From contig DYKD01000001.1 of assembly GCA_020722765.1 (NCBI GenBank), positions 2,025-66,024 on the forward strand: 64,000 bases of DNA. The letters are read 5' to 3'. Positions 27,235-37,064 of the stretch are shown here, piece after piece. A program made the translations under genes and the position numbers. This stretch comes from Brevinema andersonii. Lineage in GTDB: Bacteria; Spirochaetota; DYKD01. Position 1 is the first letter of the stretch. Every line of letters starts with the position of its first letter. A model generated the notes under the pieces. The model saw nothing but the letters and a program-made list of their open reading frames with translations, was not told where the DNA came from and ran no database searches.

Positions 27235-28678
27235 TCACTCCTACAAAAACAGTACGTCCTCCGCGTTTCACAATAAAAAGATAGGACCCCTTGCCTTTTG
27301 ACTGACTCACAACATCCTTATACTCTGTTAGTGATGTGATAACCGTATTGTTTATCTTGACTATGACATCTCCAACAGAAAGTCCTGATTCGGACGCTAT
27401 GCTCGATGATTCAATTTCTGTAATGACCACCCCGCTCTTCTGCTCTTCTGGTATCTTGAATTTTGAGCGAAGGTCCGTGGAAATATTCATGGCAGTCATA
27501 CCTATCCAAGACTCGCTGGATTCTCCCACACCTGCCATTGCAGAAAAACCGTCAGAAGGCATCTCCTGCACAATCACGTGAAGAGTCTTTTCCTTTCCAT
27601 CTCTGATGACCTTCACAGAAACGTTCCTGCCAACAGAAGTATCAGCAACAATATTCCTTAATTCATCCACACCTTTCACATTCTTTGAATCGAACTGAAG
27701 AATGACATCTCCCTGCTTTAAACCAGCCTTATCAGCAGGTCCATCCTTCTGGACATCTGCAACAAGAATTCCCGAATGGGGGTTGAGCCCAAGTGGCTTT
27801 GCAATATCTTCTGATAAGTCTTGAATGAAAACTCCTAACCACCCGCGCGTCACTTTACCTTTGATTTTAAGTTGATCAACAATATGTTTTATCATGTTCA
27901 CAGGAATGGCAAATCCGATTCCAACATTACCTCCACTAGGTGCGACAATGGCAGTATTGATCCCAATAATTTCACCATTTATATTGCAGAGAGGCCCCCC
28001 GCTGTTTCCTGGATTTATGGGCGCGTCTGTCTGAAGAAAATTCTGATAACTGTCCGCACCACCAAGTTCAACCCTGTTCCGTCCTTTGGCACTGATGATG
28101 CCCACTGTGACAGTCTCATTCAAACCAAAAGGGTTTCCAATAGCAATGGCCCAGTCACCAACCTCGACTTCATCAGAATTTCCCAAATCAACTGAAGTAA
28201 GGTTTTTTGCATCTATTTTCAGGACTGCAATATCCGTTTTAGGATCAGTCCCTACAATTTTTGCCTTATGTTTTGTCCCATCTGCAAGAGTCACCATGAT
28301 TTTTGTGGAATTCCTGACTACATGGAAGTTTGAAATAAGATAACCATCATCACTGATGATGAATCCCGTACCAAGAGATCGTTCTTGCCGTTCACGTGGA
28401 ACATCAAAAAATTGTCTGAAAAGGTCGTCATTTCCAAAAAACCTGTAAAAAGGATCATTCGGATCTATCATATTCTCTGAACGAATCACAGTCTCGCTAC
28501 TGATATTGACAACTGCCGGAGTGACTTTTTTTGCAACAGCCCTGAATGCATTCTGGACAGCGATAGCATCAGCGACTGGTTGCGCTACAAGGTTGGAAGC
28601 AACCATCAAGACCAGAAAAAACAGGACACAACCTTTCCATGCAGATACCATGCTATCAATAGAAATATTTTTTTTCAT
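27221..28678 (-). CDS. htrA: HtrA/DegP-family periplasmic serine protease with two PDZ domains
   Basis: Catalytic-triad context (H…D…GNSGGPL) and two PDZ-like segments. Start set at MKKNISI (signal peptide, AAGGAGG SD upstream); the longest ORF extends to 28807. Confidence 0.8.
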   Translation of the reverse strand: MKKNISIDSMVSAWKGCVLFFLVLMVASNLVAQPVADAIAVQNAFRAVAKKVTPAVVNISSETVIRSENMIDPNDPFYRFFGNDDLFRQFFDVPRERQERSLGTGFIISDDGYLISNFHVVRNSTKIMVTLADGTKHKAKIVGTDPKTDIAVLKIDAKNLTSVDLGNSDEVEVGDWAIAIGNPFGLNETVTVGIISAKGRNRVELGGADSYQNFLQTDAPINPGNSGGPLCNINGEIIGINTAIVAPSGGNVGIGFAIPVNMIKHIVDQLKIKGKVTRGWLGVFIQDLSEDIAKPLGLNPHSGILVADVQKDGPADKAGLKQGDVILQFDSKNVKGVDELRNIVADTSVGRNVSVKVIRDGKEKTLHVIVQEMPSDGFSAMAGVGESSESWIGMTAMNISTDLRSKFKIPEEQKSGVVITEIESSSIASESGLSVGDVIVKINNTVITSLTEYKDVVSQSKGKGSYLFIVKRGGRTVFVGVNVER

Positions 28679-28808
28679 AGTGTTCATCCTCCTTAAAAAC
28701 TCCGAAATTCCTAGATGCGCATTTTTTAATAATGAACAGTACTCACTGGATAAATCAGGGATTTGATATATCCAGCATGTATCAAATAACAACACCAGGA
28801 TGAACATT

Positions 28809-30398
28809 TTATGAAGTCATTTCCTTGACTGGCAGGCGTTTGACATTGACAATCCCATCCCTGTTTAAACTGAGCAAAAATCCCTTATAAAAAATCCTTT
28901 TTCCCATTCGAAAACGCATGATGATGTTTACAGGATAATTCCTCCGCGCAGGAAGTTTCTTAACGGTTCCCTTGTGGACAGACCATACTGTAGCATCTGG
29001 ATCATCCATCCTGACAAGCAGATCGTTTATGTTGTACCGTGAAATATCATTGATGGCATGTATCATGTGAAAATAATCCCTCAACATTCCTGAATTGAGG
29101 GTAACGTCTTTGACATGGCAGTAGACTCCTGTCTCGTTCGCCTTTCCCTCTGAAATATCCATAGGCTGACTTGCAGTAAAAATATTCTTGATAGATGGAT
29201 CAAGACGTGATGGATCCACAAAATAAAAGGACTCCCTCAAATCACCGACTTTCAGGAAATGGGATGGGCCGTAGATCATTGTCTGAAAATCAAAAACAGT
29301 CCTCCTGAACCTTTTTGCCATGTATTCCTTGATTCCATCCTTCAACCTATCCTTGAACATGTAGGCAACAATAACGATCAGGATGAACTGCGCTGTGAAA
29401 TTCCCGTATTTCCAATTGGCCAATGCAGACAAAGCCATAAAAACGAACATCGCTATTCCTGCTGCTACTGCAAACCAGATATTCTGGAATGTCTTTTCCA
29501 TATCGGTCCTTGCAACTTTCAAAAATAAGGGGTTGGACACATATTTCTTCAGCAAGCTGAACCTGTAAATCCAGTCCTCATTATGCCCCTCTTCTTCAAC
29601 GACAGTGGAATAGCCTTTTTTCTTCCTGTATTCAGTCTCACTGCCGATCATCCTGATCAATTTTTTCCGTACTGGAAAAAGAAGAACTCGCCTGTATTTG
29701 TCGATCGCCTCTATGATATTGAAACACATTTTTTCTATCAACAGACTCAGGTATTCATCAACATACTTGTAGGTCTGGATAATTTCAAAATGCTCTCCAT
29801 GAAAAACCTCAAGTTTTGAAAAAACAGACTTGAACGCATCTGATGCAGTTGTAACATAAGTAAGAAAAGAATCTATGGTCTGCATGATTCTGACAGTTTC
29901 TTTTCCATCCTTTATAAGCGGCCAAACAGGTTCAAGAAACTCCCTCCCTGAACTTTTCAGGATATTTGCAAACATCTTTAAACTATACTTAAAACGTCGC
30001 ATTCCGCTTGGCTCATAATTTTTTATAAGAGAATCCATGTTTTCAAGAAGACGGCCAAAAGGAGAAGCCTCTCCACCTACAAGAGAATCCAACCTAAATT
30101 CAGGGGTTTTGAGTCGAATATAGTTTTGAAGGTTATGATAAAATGACTGTTTAGTAAACGTCCCTTCATTGATACCCAAGGAGTTTGGAACAAAGAAGAA
30201 AGTCTCAACCCTGTAGTGTGATACGCTTTCAGTATTATCAAAACCATATCCCAGCTTGAGTTCTAGCCTGAATCTGTCATGTACGAGGAAATCATCCTCT
30301 ATACCTGTATATCCCATGTCTTTATCCATAATATTGATAATATTAGCCCAACATAGCTGAAAAGTCAATATTATCCTTCGATATAAAAAATTTGACAT
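28809..30398 (-). CDS. Hypothetical protein with central TM hairpin (529 aa), uncharacterised
   Basis: Long ORF with protein-like composition and a central hydrophobic pair (IWFAVAAGIAMFVFMALSALANW / FILIVIVAYMF). No known motifs. Start uncertain. Confidence 0.4.
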   Translation of the reverse strand: MSNFLYRRIILTFQLCWANIINIMDKDMGYTGIEDDFLVHDRFRLELKLGYGFDNTESVSHYRVETFFFVPNSLGINEGTFTKQSFYHNLQNYIRLKTPEFRLDSLVGGEASPFGRLLENMDSLIKNYEPSGMRRFKYSLKMFANILKSSGREFLEPVWPLIKDGKETVRIMQTIDSFLTYVTTASDAFKSVFSKLEVFHGEHFEIIQTYKYVDEYLSLLIEKMCFNIIEAIDKYRRVLLFPVRKKLIRMIGSETEYRKKKGYSTVVEEEGHNEDWIYRFSLLKKYVSNPLFLKVARTDMEKTFQNIWFAVAAGIAMFVFMALSALANWKYGNFTAQFILIVIVAYMFKDRLKDGIKEYMAKRFRRTVFDFQTMIYGPSHFLKVGDLRESFYFVDPSRLDPSIKNIFTASQPMDISEGKANETGVYCHVKDVTLNSGMLRDYFHMIHAINDISRYNINDLLVRMDDPDATVWSVHKGTVKKLPARRNYPVNIIMRFRMGKRIFYKGFLLSLNRDGIVNVKRLPVKEMTS

Positions 30399-30454
30399 AA
30401 TTTCAAAAGGGAAGTATATTTTTTATATATTTCACCTATTTAACGGCGGTAAAA

Positions 30455-32014
30455 ATGCCTGAAGCACCCATTCATGACAACAACACTGCAATTCCACACA
30501 ATACCGTTCCTCAACCAAAAGCCATCCGCTTTTCCCTAAAATGGCAGTTTACGGCAATTATCTCTCTGACGATTGCTGTCATCACATTCAGCATAAGCCA
30601 GATCATCTTTTCCCAACAGATAAAAGTCCTTACTGAGGACGTAAGGATTCAAGGTTATCTCATCGCAAAAAACCTGACTTCCATAGCGCAAGAAGCACTG
30701 ACAACATACGACGATCTCCCTATCTACAATGCCATATCAGACATAAAAAAAGAAAAATATATTGAAGCCGTTTTCCTTCTCAATCCAAAAGGGATTGTAT
30801 TAGCCCACTCAGACATCTATGAGAAAGGGAAAAAATACGACATCAAAACCTATTATGTAAACCAAAAAGACGGACAACTTGAACCAAACCTTGTCAAAAA
30901 CAAGGAGAACACGTTTTTTGATTTCGCCATGCCCGTCTATGCCTATTTTCCAACAAAAAAACTTCTAGCAAACGTGCATATCCTTATCAATAAGAAAATA
31001 ATTGATAGCAAACTGTCCCAAGCCAAGGCTATTGTATTCATACTTATTCTTATTTTCTTAGGTCTTGGAATTGCCAGTTCCTTTTTCATTGCGGATTTTA
31101 TCACACGACCCATCATGAAAATAGCGGATGGAGCAAAAATCATTGGGCAAGGGAATCTGGAACACAAGATTGACATCAAACGTGCAGATGAGTTGGGACT
31201 TTTGGCCAATCAATTCAACAAAATGACAGCAGAATTGACATTAGCCCAAGGTCGGTTGATCGAACAACAGCGTATGGAATACTCACTAAAAATCGCAACT
31301 GACATACAGAATTCACTTCTCCCCCAGACCTATCCTGAACTTCCAGGAATCTCTTTCGCTTCCTATTACAAATCCGCAAAAGAGATCGGTGGAGACTACT
31401 ACGACGTTTTTTCAATTGATGAGAACCGCGCAGGAATCGTCATCGCTGACGTTTCTGGAAAAGACGTTCCTGGAGCTATGGTCATGGTCATGGCACGCGC
31501 CATTATAAAGTCACAGGCCAATACAGGTTTGGACACACGGGAAACTCTTGTACGAACGAACCAGCAGCTCTATCAGGATATAAAACCTGGGATGTTCGTT
31601 TCTGCGTTCTATGGAATTTTTGATGTCCGTACAAAAAACCTTGAATACACGAATGCTGGGCATGACCCGCTGATTGTTTACAGGGCAGCTACAAAGACAA
31701 CTGAAAAATTCGGTGAACGTGAAGGCATGGCACTTGGTGCGAAAAAGAACAAGTTCTTCACTGAAAAAGTGGTAAAAAAATCATTGACTCTCAACAAGGG
31801 AGACATGATAGTCCTATACACGGATGGAATCCCTGAATCAATAAACGAGAAACGCGAGATGTATGATTTTGAAAGATTCCACGAAGTCATACGCCAGAAT
31901 GGCCACTTGCCAAATGAGGAGTTCATCAAAAAACTCATGGATTCAATACATTCCTTCATTGGTAATGCAGAACAATTTGACGACATAGCCATAACAACAC
32001 TCAAAGTCCTATAG
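30455..32014 (+). CDS. Membrane-bound PP2C-family Ser/Thr phosphatase (RsbU/SpoIIE-like) with periplasmic sensor domain and HAMP
   Basis: Two TM helices flank a ~140 aa sensor domain. HAMP-like segment (…ADGAKIIGQGNLEHKIDIKRADELGLLANQFNKMTAEL). PP2C motifs (GGDYYDVF, ADVSGKDVPGA, YTDG). Confidence 0.75.
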   Translation: MPEAPIHDNNTAIPHNTVPQPKAIRFSLKWQFTAIISLTIAVITFSISQIIFSQQIKVLTEDVRIQGYLIAKNLTSIAQEALTTYDDLPIYNAISDIKKEKYIEAVFLLNPKGIVLAHSDIYEKGKKYDIKTYYVNQKDGQLEPNLVKNKENTFFDFAMPVYAYFPTKKLLANVHILINKKIIDSKLSQAKAIVFILILIFLGLGIASSFFIADFITRPIMKIADGAKIIGQGNLEHKIDIKRADELGLLANQFNKMTAELTLAQGRLIEQQRMEYSLKIATDIQNSLLPQTYPELPGISFASYYKSAKEIGGDYYDVFSIDENRAGIVIADVSGKDVPGAMVMVMARAIIKSQANTGLDTRETLVRTNQQLYQDIKPGMFVSAFYGIFDVRTKNLEYTNAGHDPLIVYRAATKTTEKFGEREGMALGAKKNKFFTEKVVKKSLTLNKGDMIVLYTDGIPESINEKREMYDFERFHEVIRQNGHLPNEEFIKKLMDSIHSFIGNAEQFDDIAITTLKVL

Positions 32015-32039
32015 GAAAACAGAAACAAGAGGAGCAGTC

Positions 32040-32615
32040 ATGGATCAGGAAAAAAGCATCAAGATTGACATTGTCAAGGAGACGATAAACGGGAACAACC
32101 TGGCAGTCATCTGCCTGAACGGATACGTAGATTCCTATAACTCCCAACATTTCCAGAACACCATAATGGGGCTCATCAAGGAAGGCACAAAAAACCTGAT
32201 CATTGATGCTGGCCTTCTTTCCTATGTAAGCAGTGCGGGAATAGGTTCCTTTATGGCCATTTCCAGGAAACTTGATGATGAAGAAGGAAATCTCATCATC
32301 TCCAACCTTAATAACAAGGTATTGGAAGTATTCAATCTTCTCGGATTCACAAGTTTCTTCAAGATTGTTGAAAACAGGGAGAAGGCAAAAACAGAGCTGG
32401 CTGCATTGCTAGGAGTAAACTCAGGTTCTGGTGGAACCGAATCGAGCATCCCAGAAAGTATTGCAACTGCCGCTGTCATGAATGAAATCATCTTCCCCTT
32501 GGTTTTTTCATGTCCCAAATGCGGAAAGAAATTGAAAGCTATGAAAGCCGCAAGATATAAATGCATAAACTGCCAGAATATCATCTCCATTGATCAACAA
32601 GGTAATGTCAAGTAG
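32040..32615 (+). CDS. STAS-domain anti-sigma-factor antagonist (SpoIIAA-like) with C-terminal CxxC…CxxC zinc ribbon
   Basis: STAS pattern (LNGYVDSYNSQHFQ…LIIDAGLLSYVSSAGIGSF). C-terminal CPKCGKKL…CINCQNI. Confidence 0.65.
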   Translation: MDQEKSIKIDIVKETINGNNLAVICLNGYVDSYNSQHFQNTIMGLIKEGTKNLIIDAGLLSYVSSAGIGSFMAISRKLDDEEGNLIISNLNNKVLEVFNLLGFTSFFKIVENREKAKTELAALLGVNSGSGGTESSIPESIATAAVMNEIIFPLVFSCPKCGKKLKAMKAARYKCINCQNIISIDQQGNVK

Positions 32616-32696
32616 GGCTATATGCTGAAAAAACACCAGGAAAAGACATTTACTGCGTTTAAATGTGCTGAACCTGTTTAAGGACTTCCTGTAAAA

Positions 32697-32954
32697 TCAG
32701 TCTTCTTCAACGACAAAAGTTCCAGAAATGACAACCACTTTCCCTTTATAGATGAAAGAAATACCACCAGGAACATGTTCGATCCTCATAAGGCCATTCC
32801 ACTGTCTGATAACACTTCCATCAGCGCTATAGAGGGTGATTGTCCTTTTAAGACCTGTCAACTGGGAGTTGAGGTGTTTGAAATCCTGTTGCCATTTGGC
32901 ACAGGAAAAAGAAAGCATGATAAAAACTGAAAAAAGAAAAATCACACGTTTCAT
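32697..32954 (-). CDS. Small putative lipoprotein (85 aa)
   Basis: Signal peptide with lipobox-like LSFSC. Confidence 0.35.
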   Translation of the reverse strand: MKRVIFLFSVFIMLSFSCAKWQQDFKHLNSQLTGLKRTITLYSADGSVIRQWNGLMRIEHVPGGISFIYKGKVVVISGTFVVEED

Positions 32955-32995
32955 ATAGGTTCCCTCTCCACTACAAAGTTATGGATAACTGAAAA

Positions 32996-33889
32996 TCAAT
33001 CATAAAATTCATCGTAAATTAAAAGACTGAAATCCAAGGCACGGGCAGAATGTGTAATCTTACCTACTGAAATATAATCAACCCCTGCCTCAGCGATATC
33101 CTTGATCGTGTGATGGCTGACATTGCCTGAAACTTCAAGAGGTTTAAGACCATCTGTGATTTGGACAGCTTTCCTGATATTGTGAAGATTGAAATTATCC
33201 AACATAATCAGATCAACGGGAAGCCGAAGGGCCTCCCTCAACTCATCCAGATCCTTGACTTCAATTTCAATCAGGATATTCTTCGGTTTCTGCTTATAAA
33301 CACTCATAACTGCCTTGGTGATGCTTCCTGCAGCAATGATGTGATTTTCCTTGATCAGTATCCCGTCAGCAAGATTAAGACGATGATTCACAGCACCACC
33401 GACAGTAGTTGCCCACTTTTCCAGATACCGCATTCCTGGCAAAGTCTTCCTTGTATTGAGCAACCTGACTTTTGTACCTTTTATCAGCGTGCATAGTTTG
33501 TGGGCTTCTGTAGCTACACCAGAAAGACGCTGCAACACGTTCAAGGCGATACGCTCAGATTGAAGTATGGAAGTCGTCCGGCCTTTTAATGTACAAATGA
33601 CTTCCTTATCTTTAATCTCATCCCCATCCTTGAAATGCATCTTGATCATGATTCCCTTGTCACGCAGATGGAAAATATCCTTCAATATTTCTATTCCAGC
33701 AAGAACGCCAGACTCTTTCGCAATAATCTTAGCTATGACAATTTTATTGTTTTTAGCAGTGAAACGAGTTGTCAAATCATTGTCAGTTTCATCTTCCTTG
33801 AATAATCCTTTTAAAAAAGCCTTATAATCATAAACATAACTGTTCTTATTCAGTATTGAATGAAGGACTATCTTCATCATTAACTCCAT
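32996..33889 (-). CDS. nadC: Nicotinate-nucleotide pyrophosphorylase (carboxylating) / quinolinate phosphoribosyltransferase
   Basis: Full-length similarity to NadC (…ERIALNVLQRLSGVAT…, TRKT.PG.R.LEK.A., LDNF…, EVSGNV…). Confidence 0.85.
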   Translation of the reverse strand: MELMMKIVLHSILNKNSYVYDYKAFLKGLFKEDETDNDLTTRFTAKNNKIVIAKIIAKESGVLAGIEILKDIFHLRDKGIMIKMHFKDGDEIKDKEVICTLKGRTTSILQSERIALNVLQRLSGVATEAHKLCTLIKGTKVRLLNTRKTLPGMRYLEKWATTVGGAVNHRLNLADGILIKENHIIAAGSITKAVMSVYKQKPKNILIEIEVKDLDELREALRLPVDLIMLDNFNLHNIRKAVQITDGLKPLEVSGNVSHHTIKDIAEAGVDYISVGKITHSARALDFSLLIYDEFYD

Positions 33890-34008
33890 TTTAGACTAAA
33901 AGCCATTGAATCCAGTATTCTTGACAATTGGTGTTATTATAATTAAATTTAAATATAAAATCAATATTACAATAATCCAACCCATTCAAAGTTGGTTGAA
34001 GGAGCACT

Positions 34009-35016
34009 ATGAAACAAAAACTATCAATCCTATCACTCATCTTGCTGTTTACGTGGATTCCCATGACATTTGCAGGAGTCATCATCAAGTCAACGATGGG
34101 GCAAGTCGTTTTCCAGAAAGCAGGAACACAGAAATGGGAAAAAGCCCGGATAAACACAATCTTGAACAAAGGAGACCTACTCCTGACAAAAGCAAAGTCT
34201 TCTGCTGTCATCATATTTTTAGACAACACAGGAATGGTCTCCCTCTCAGAAAACTCCAAACTTCTGATCTCTGAAAATGAGAAGAAAACCGACAAGACCC
34301 CCTCCTTCCTCCTATTTCTTGGTAATATCAAAGGGAAAATAACCAAAAAGCAGGATACCCCTATAGACTTTGCTACACCAACAGCAGTTGTTGGAGTACG
34401 TGGCACAGAATTTGTAATCGCTGTTGCGGAAGAAGGCACAGCCCGTGTTGGTGTTGAAGAAGGCGTTGTAGCGGTCGCAGGTCTTTCCAGTGAAGTGACT
34501 TTGAATGCAGGCGAGGCATCCACAGTTCCCTTGGCAGGAGAACCTGAAGACAAGGTCGCCTATTCAAGCAAGGAAGACTTTGCATCATGGCTCAATTCTA
34601 CAAAACAGTCTGTCAAAGGGAAAGAGAGGGAAGTTCTTGAACGTGTGGAAAAAGCACTTGAATACAACTATTCCCAGATCGACCTGTTGCAGGAACAAAG
34701 CGAAGCCAACATAAAACGCGTGGAAGCGCTCAAAGCTGAACGTGCAGACCTTCTGGCAAAAGGTGATCCTGCAGGTGCTGAAAACAAAGGAAACGAAGCG
34801 CTCTCCTTGATTGGTGAAAGGACCCGTATCATACTACAGTCACATAATATCGATTTCAAGAACCAAGCCATCATGGAGATTGGTACACGCATCGCAAAAA
34901 CAACAAAGAAAAACAAGGAGATACAGACCAAATACTCCACAATCAAAAAGAGATTCGACCTATACCATTCCAAATTCATCCTTACAAAACAAAAGAAAGG
35001 GTGCCTTTCACTATAA
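34009..35016 (+). CDS. Secreted FecR-domain protein with C-terminal coiled coil
   Basis: Signal peptide. VVGVRGTEFVIAV FecR-type motif. SD GGAG 5 nt upstream. Confidence 0.6.
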   Translation: MKQKLSILSLILLFTWIPMTFAGVIIKSTMGQVVFQKAGTQKWEKARINTILNKGDLLLTKAKSSAVIIFLDNTGMVSLSENSKLLISENEKKTDKTPSFLLFLGNIKGKITKKQDTPIDFATPTAVVGVRGTEFVIAVAEEGTARVGVEEGVVAVAGLSSEVTLNAGEASTVPLAGEPEDKVAYSSKEDFASWLNSTKQSVKGKEREVLERVEKALEYNYSQIDLLQEQSEANIKRVEALKAERADLLAKGDPAGAENKGNEALSLIGERTRIILQSHNIDFKNQAIMEIGTRIAKTTKKNKEIQTKYSTIKKRFDLYHSKFILTKQKKGCLSL

Positions 35017-35029
35017 CCAGGAGGATATC

Positions 35030-35488
35030 ATGAAAAGAAAAATCATTTTTACAGTAGCGGTGGCAGTTCTTGCCCTGACGCTTTTCAACTGCACAGGGAA
35101 ACCTGATAAGACAATTTCAAGTTTTGCGGATGCGGTTAATGCAAATAAGGTAGCAGATGCTGGAGCGCTTATCTCTGAGACTGCTACAAAATATGATGAC
35201 CTAAAAAACAACAACTGGTCAGGTTTACAGGCATCCATTGATAATTGGAGACAAGCTGGAAATATGTCCTTTACAGGACTTTCCTCGACAGAATCCGGAG
35301 ACAACATCATTGTCAATGGGACTTACGTCAATGACTTAGGTTCAAAACCCACCATTTTTACAATGGTCAAAGAGAGTGACTTCCTCTTCCTTTTCTATTC
35401 ATACAAGATCAAGGAATGGCGCTACGACGAAAACAGCAATGGCGCAGCAACTGACGATGGTTTCCAGATCAATAAGATCCAGGAATAA
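35030..35488 (+). CDS. Putative lipoprotein (152 aa)
   Basis: AGGAGG SD at 35018. MKRKIIFTVAVAVLALTLFNC lipobox. The track ORF starting at 34811 is an out-of-frame upstream extension overlapping the FecR gene. Confidence 0.45.
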   Translation: MKRKIIFTVAVAVLALTLFNCTGKPDKTISSFADAVNANKVADAGALISETATKYDDLKNNNWSGLQASIDNWRQAGNMSFTGLSSTESGDNIIVNGTYVNDLGSKPTIFTMVKESDFLFLFYSYKIKEWRYDENSNGAATDDGFQINKIQE

Positions 35489-35494
35489 GAATCA

Positions 35495-36460
35495 ATGACA
35501 ACCCAGCAACGTGTCCTGACCATCATACTCATCTCACTCATAGGCTTATCACTTATTGTCAGCGTGTTGAGTATTTTTACGACTGAAAAAAACGCGCAAG
35601 TTTCCAGACTGAAACAAGCCTTAAGTTCAGACAAACTGACTGCCAACAAACCCGGTATTGCCATTGTGCCTGTCTATGGTGTCATTGAAATGTCACAAGA
35701 CCGAAGTTTCATGAACACATCGTATGGTAGTGATTCCATCTGTGACATGCTCGATTCCATAGGTAAAAACAAGAACATCAAGGCGATTGTCCTGAGAATC
35801 AACAGTCCTGGTGGGACCATAGGTGCTGTGCAGGAAATCTATCAGAAAATAGAAGAACTGAAAGAACAGGGAGTCAAAGTGGTGGCTTCCCTGGGAGACG
35901 TTGCTGCTTCAGGCGGATATTATCTCGCCTGCACTGCTGACAAAATCTATGCAAATCCTGGAACACTTACAGGCAGTATAGGAGTCATCATGTCTTCTGT
36001 TGAATTCAGTGAGGCGCTGGACAGATTCGGAATAAAAATGAATGTCATCAAAAGTGGCACACACAAGGACATCCTCTCCCCATACAGAAAAATGACAGAA
36101 AAAGAACAGCTCATCCTGCAGTCCTGTATCAATGACTCCTACTCACAGTTTGTCGGTGTGGTAGCCCAGCACAGAAAAATGTCCATGTCCAGCCTAAAAG
36201 AAATAGCAGACGGCAGGATATTCACTGGTCGTCAGGCGAAAAGCGTAGGGCTGATCGACGAGACAGGAAACCTGGACAGCGCGATTGCTGCAGCAGGGAA
36301 CATGACTGACTTGGGGGACAAACCATACATCTACACAGAACAGGACTTCCTGCTGAACAATATCATGAAACAGTTACGTGTCTGGTTTGACTATAAGAAT
36401 ATGATCAAGTCAGCTTTCAATGGTGGGATCCCTAAAATCGAATTCAGATATGTTCCTTAG
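35495..36460 (+). CDS. sppA: Signal peptide peptidase SppA (36K type, S49 family)
   Basis: N-terminal TM. RINSPGG…GDVAASGGYY and GSIGV motifs. Confidence 0.8.
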   Translation: MTTQQRVLTIILISLIGLSLIVSVLSIFTTEKNAQVSRLKQALSSDKLTANKPGIAIVPVYGVIEMSQDRSFMNTSYGSDSICDMLDSIGKNKNIKAIVLRINSPGGTIGAVQEIYQKIEELKEQGVKVVASLGDVAASGGYYLACTADKIYANPGTLTGSIGVIMSSVEFSEALDRFGIKMNVIKSGTHKDILSPYRKMTEKEQLILQSCINDSYSQFVGVVAQHRKMSMSSLKEIADGRIFTGRQAKSVGLIDETGNLDSAIAAAGNMTDLGDKPYIYTEQDFLLNNIMKQLRVWFDYKNMIKSAFNGGIPKIEFRYVP

Positions 36461-36472
36461 GATGGATGACGC

Positions 36473-37063
36473 GTGACCATGACAACAATCATTGATCTTT
36501 GGTTCAATACTGAAAAATGGGTTTCTGACTCTGAACAGGGAGACAACCGGTCCTTTCTGCCAGTTTTTTTCATTACAGCTCTCCTAATCCCTACCTGTTC
36601 CCTTCTTGGAGAAGCTGTCATAAACAGCCATACCACATCTGTTTTTCTCATGGTGCTATCATTCCAATTCTGGTCTCTTGTCCTCTACTTCATAGTCAGT
36701 AATTTGATAATCACATCCCTTCTTTATTTCATAGCAACACTCATCCACGAGCAAAACAGCCGTTCACATTCAACCCGTTTTTTCTATGCTTCCATACTCC
36801 TATCAGCTACACCCATGGTATTGATTCCTGCGTTAGCCCTCCTATCCCGTTACACAGGCATGGGAACAGGCCTTTTCTCTGTATTCAAATTCGTCATTTT
36901 CCTCTGGACGTTTATCATCCAGGTAAGCATCATTAAAAGCATATTCGGATTCACATCAATGAAATCAGCCCTTCTTTATGTAACCTCGATATTAACCCTT
37001 CTATCTTTTGATATCCTTCTGATATTCAATTCCCTCTTCAGCATATTCACAAGGCTTTCCTGA
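36473..37063 (+). CDS. Polytopic membrane protein (Yip1-like, ~5 TM)
   Basis: Hydrophobicity pattern only. Confidence 0.4.
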   Translation: MTMTTIIDLWFNTEKWVSDSEQGDNRSFLPVFFITALLIPTCSLLGEAVINSHTTSVFLMVLSFQFWSLVLYFIVSNLIITSLLYFIATLIHEQNSRSHSTRFFYASILLSATPMVLIPALALLSRYTGMGTGLFSVFKFVIFLWTFIIQVSIIKSIFGFTSMKSALLYVTSILTLLSFDILLIFNSLFSIFTRLS

Positions 37064-37064
37064 A

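Noticed and set aside
28679-28807. Longer htrA start at 28807
   Set aside because: The extra N-terminal 43 aa lack signal-peptide character. MKKNISI at 28678 has an AAGGAGG SD and starts a classic signal peptide.
31655-31675. A third copy of the GGGTCATGACCCGCTG element
   Set aside because: Only a partial, non-palindromic match (GGGCATGACCCGCTG) lies inside the PP2C coding sequence, encoding G-H-D-P-L. It is coincidental.
33891-34553. 220-aa minus-strand ORF from the track
   Set aside because: It is entirely antisense to the FecR-domain gene. Its T/P/S/A-rich low-complexity translation is typical of a spurious antisense frame.
34811-35029. Upstream extension of the lipoprotein ORF (the track start is 34811)
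   Set aside because: The extension overlaps the FecR gene out of frame. A strong AGGAGG SD and lipoprotein signal peptide begin at the internal ATG 35030.
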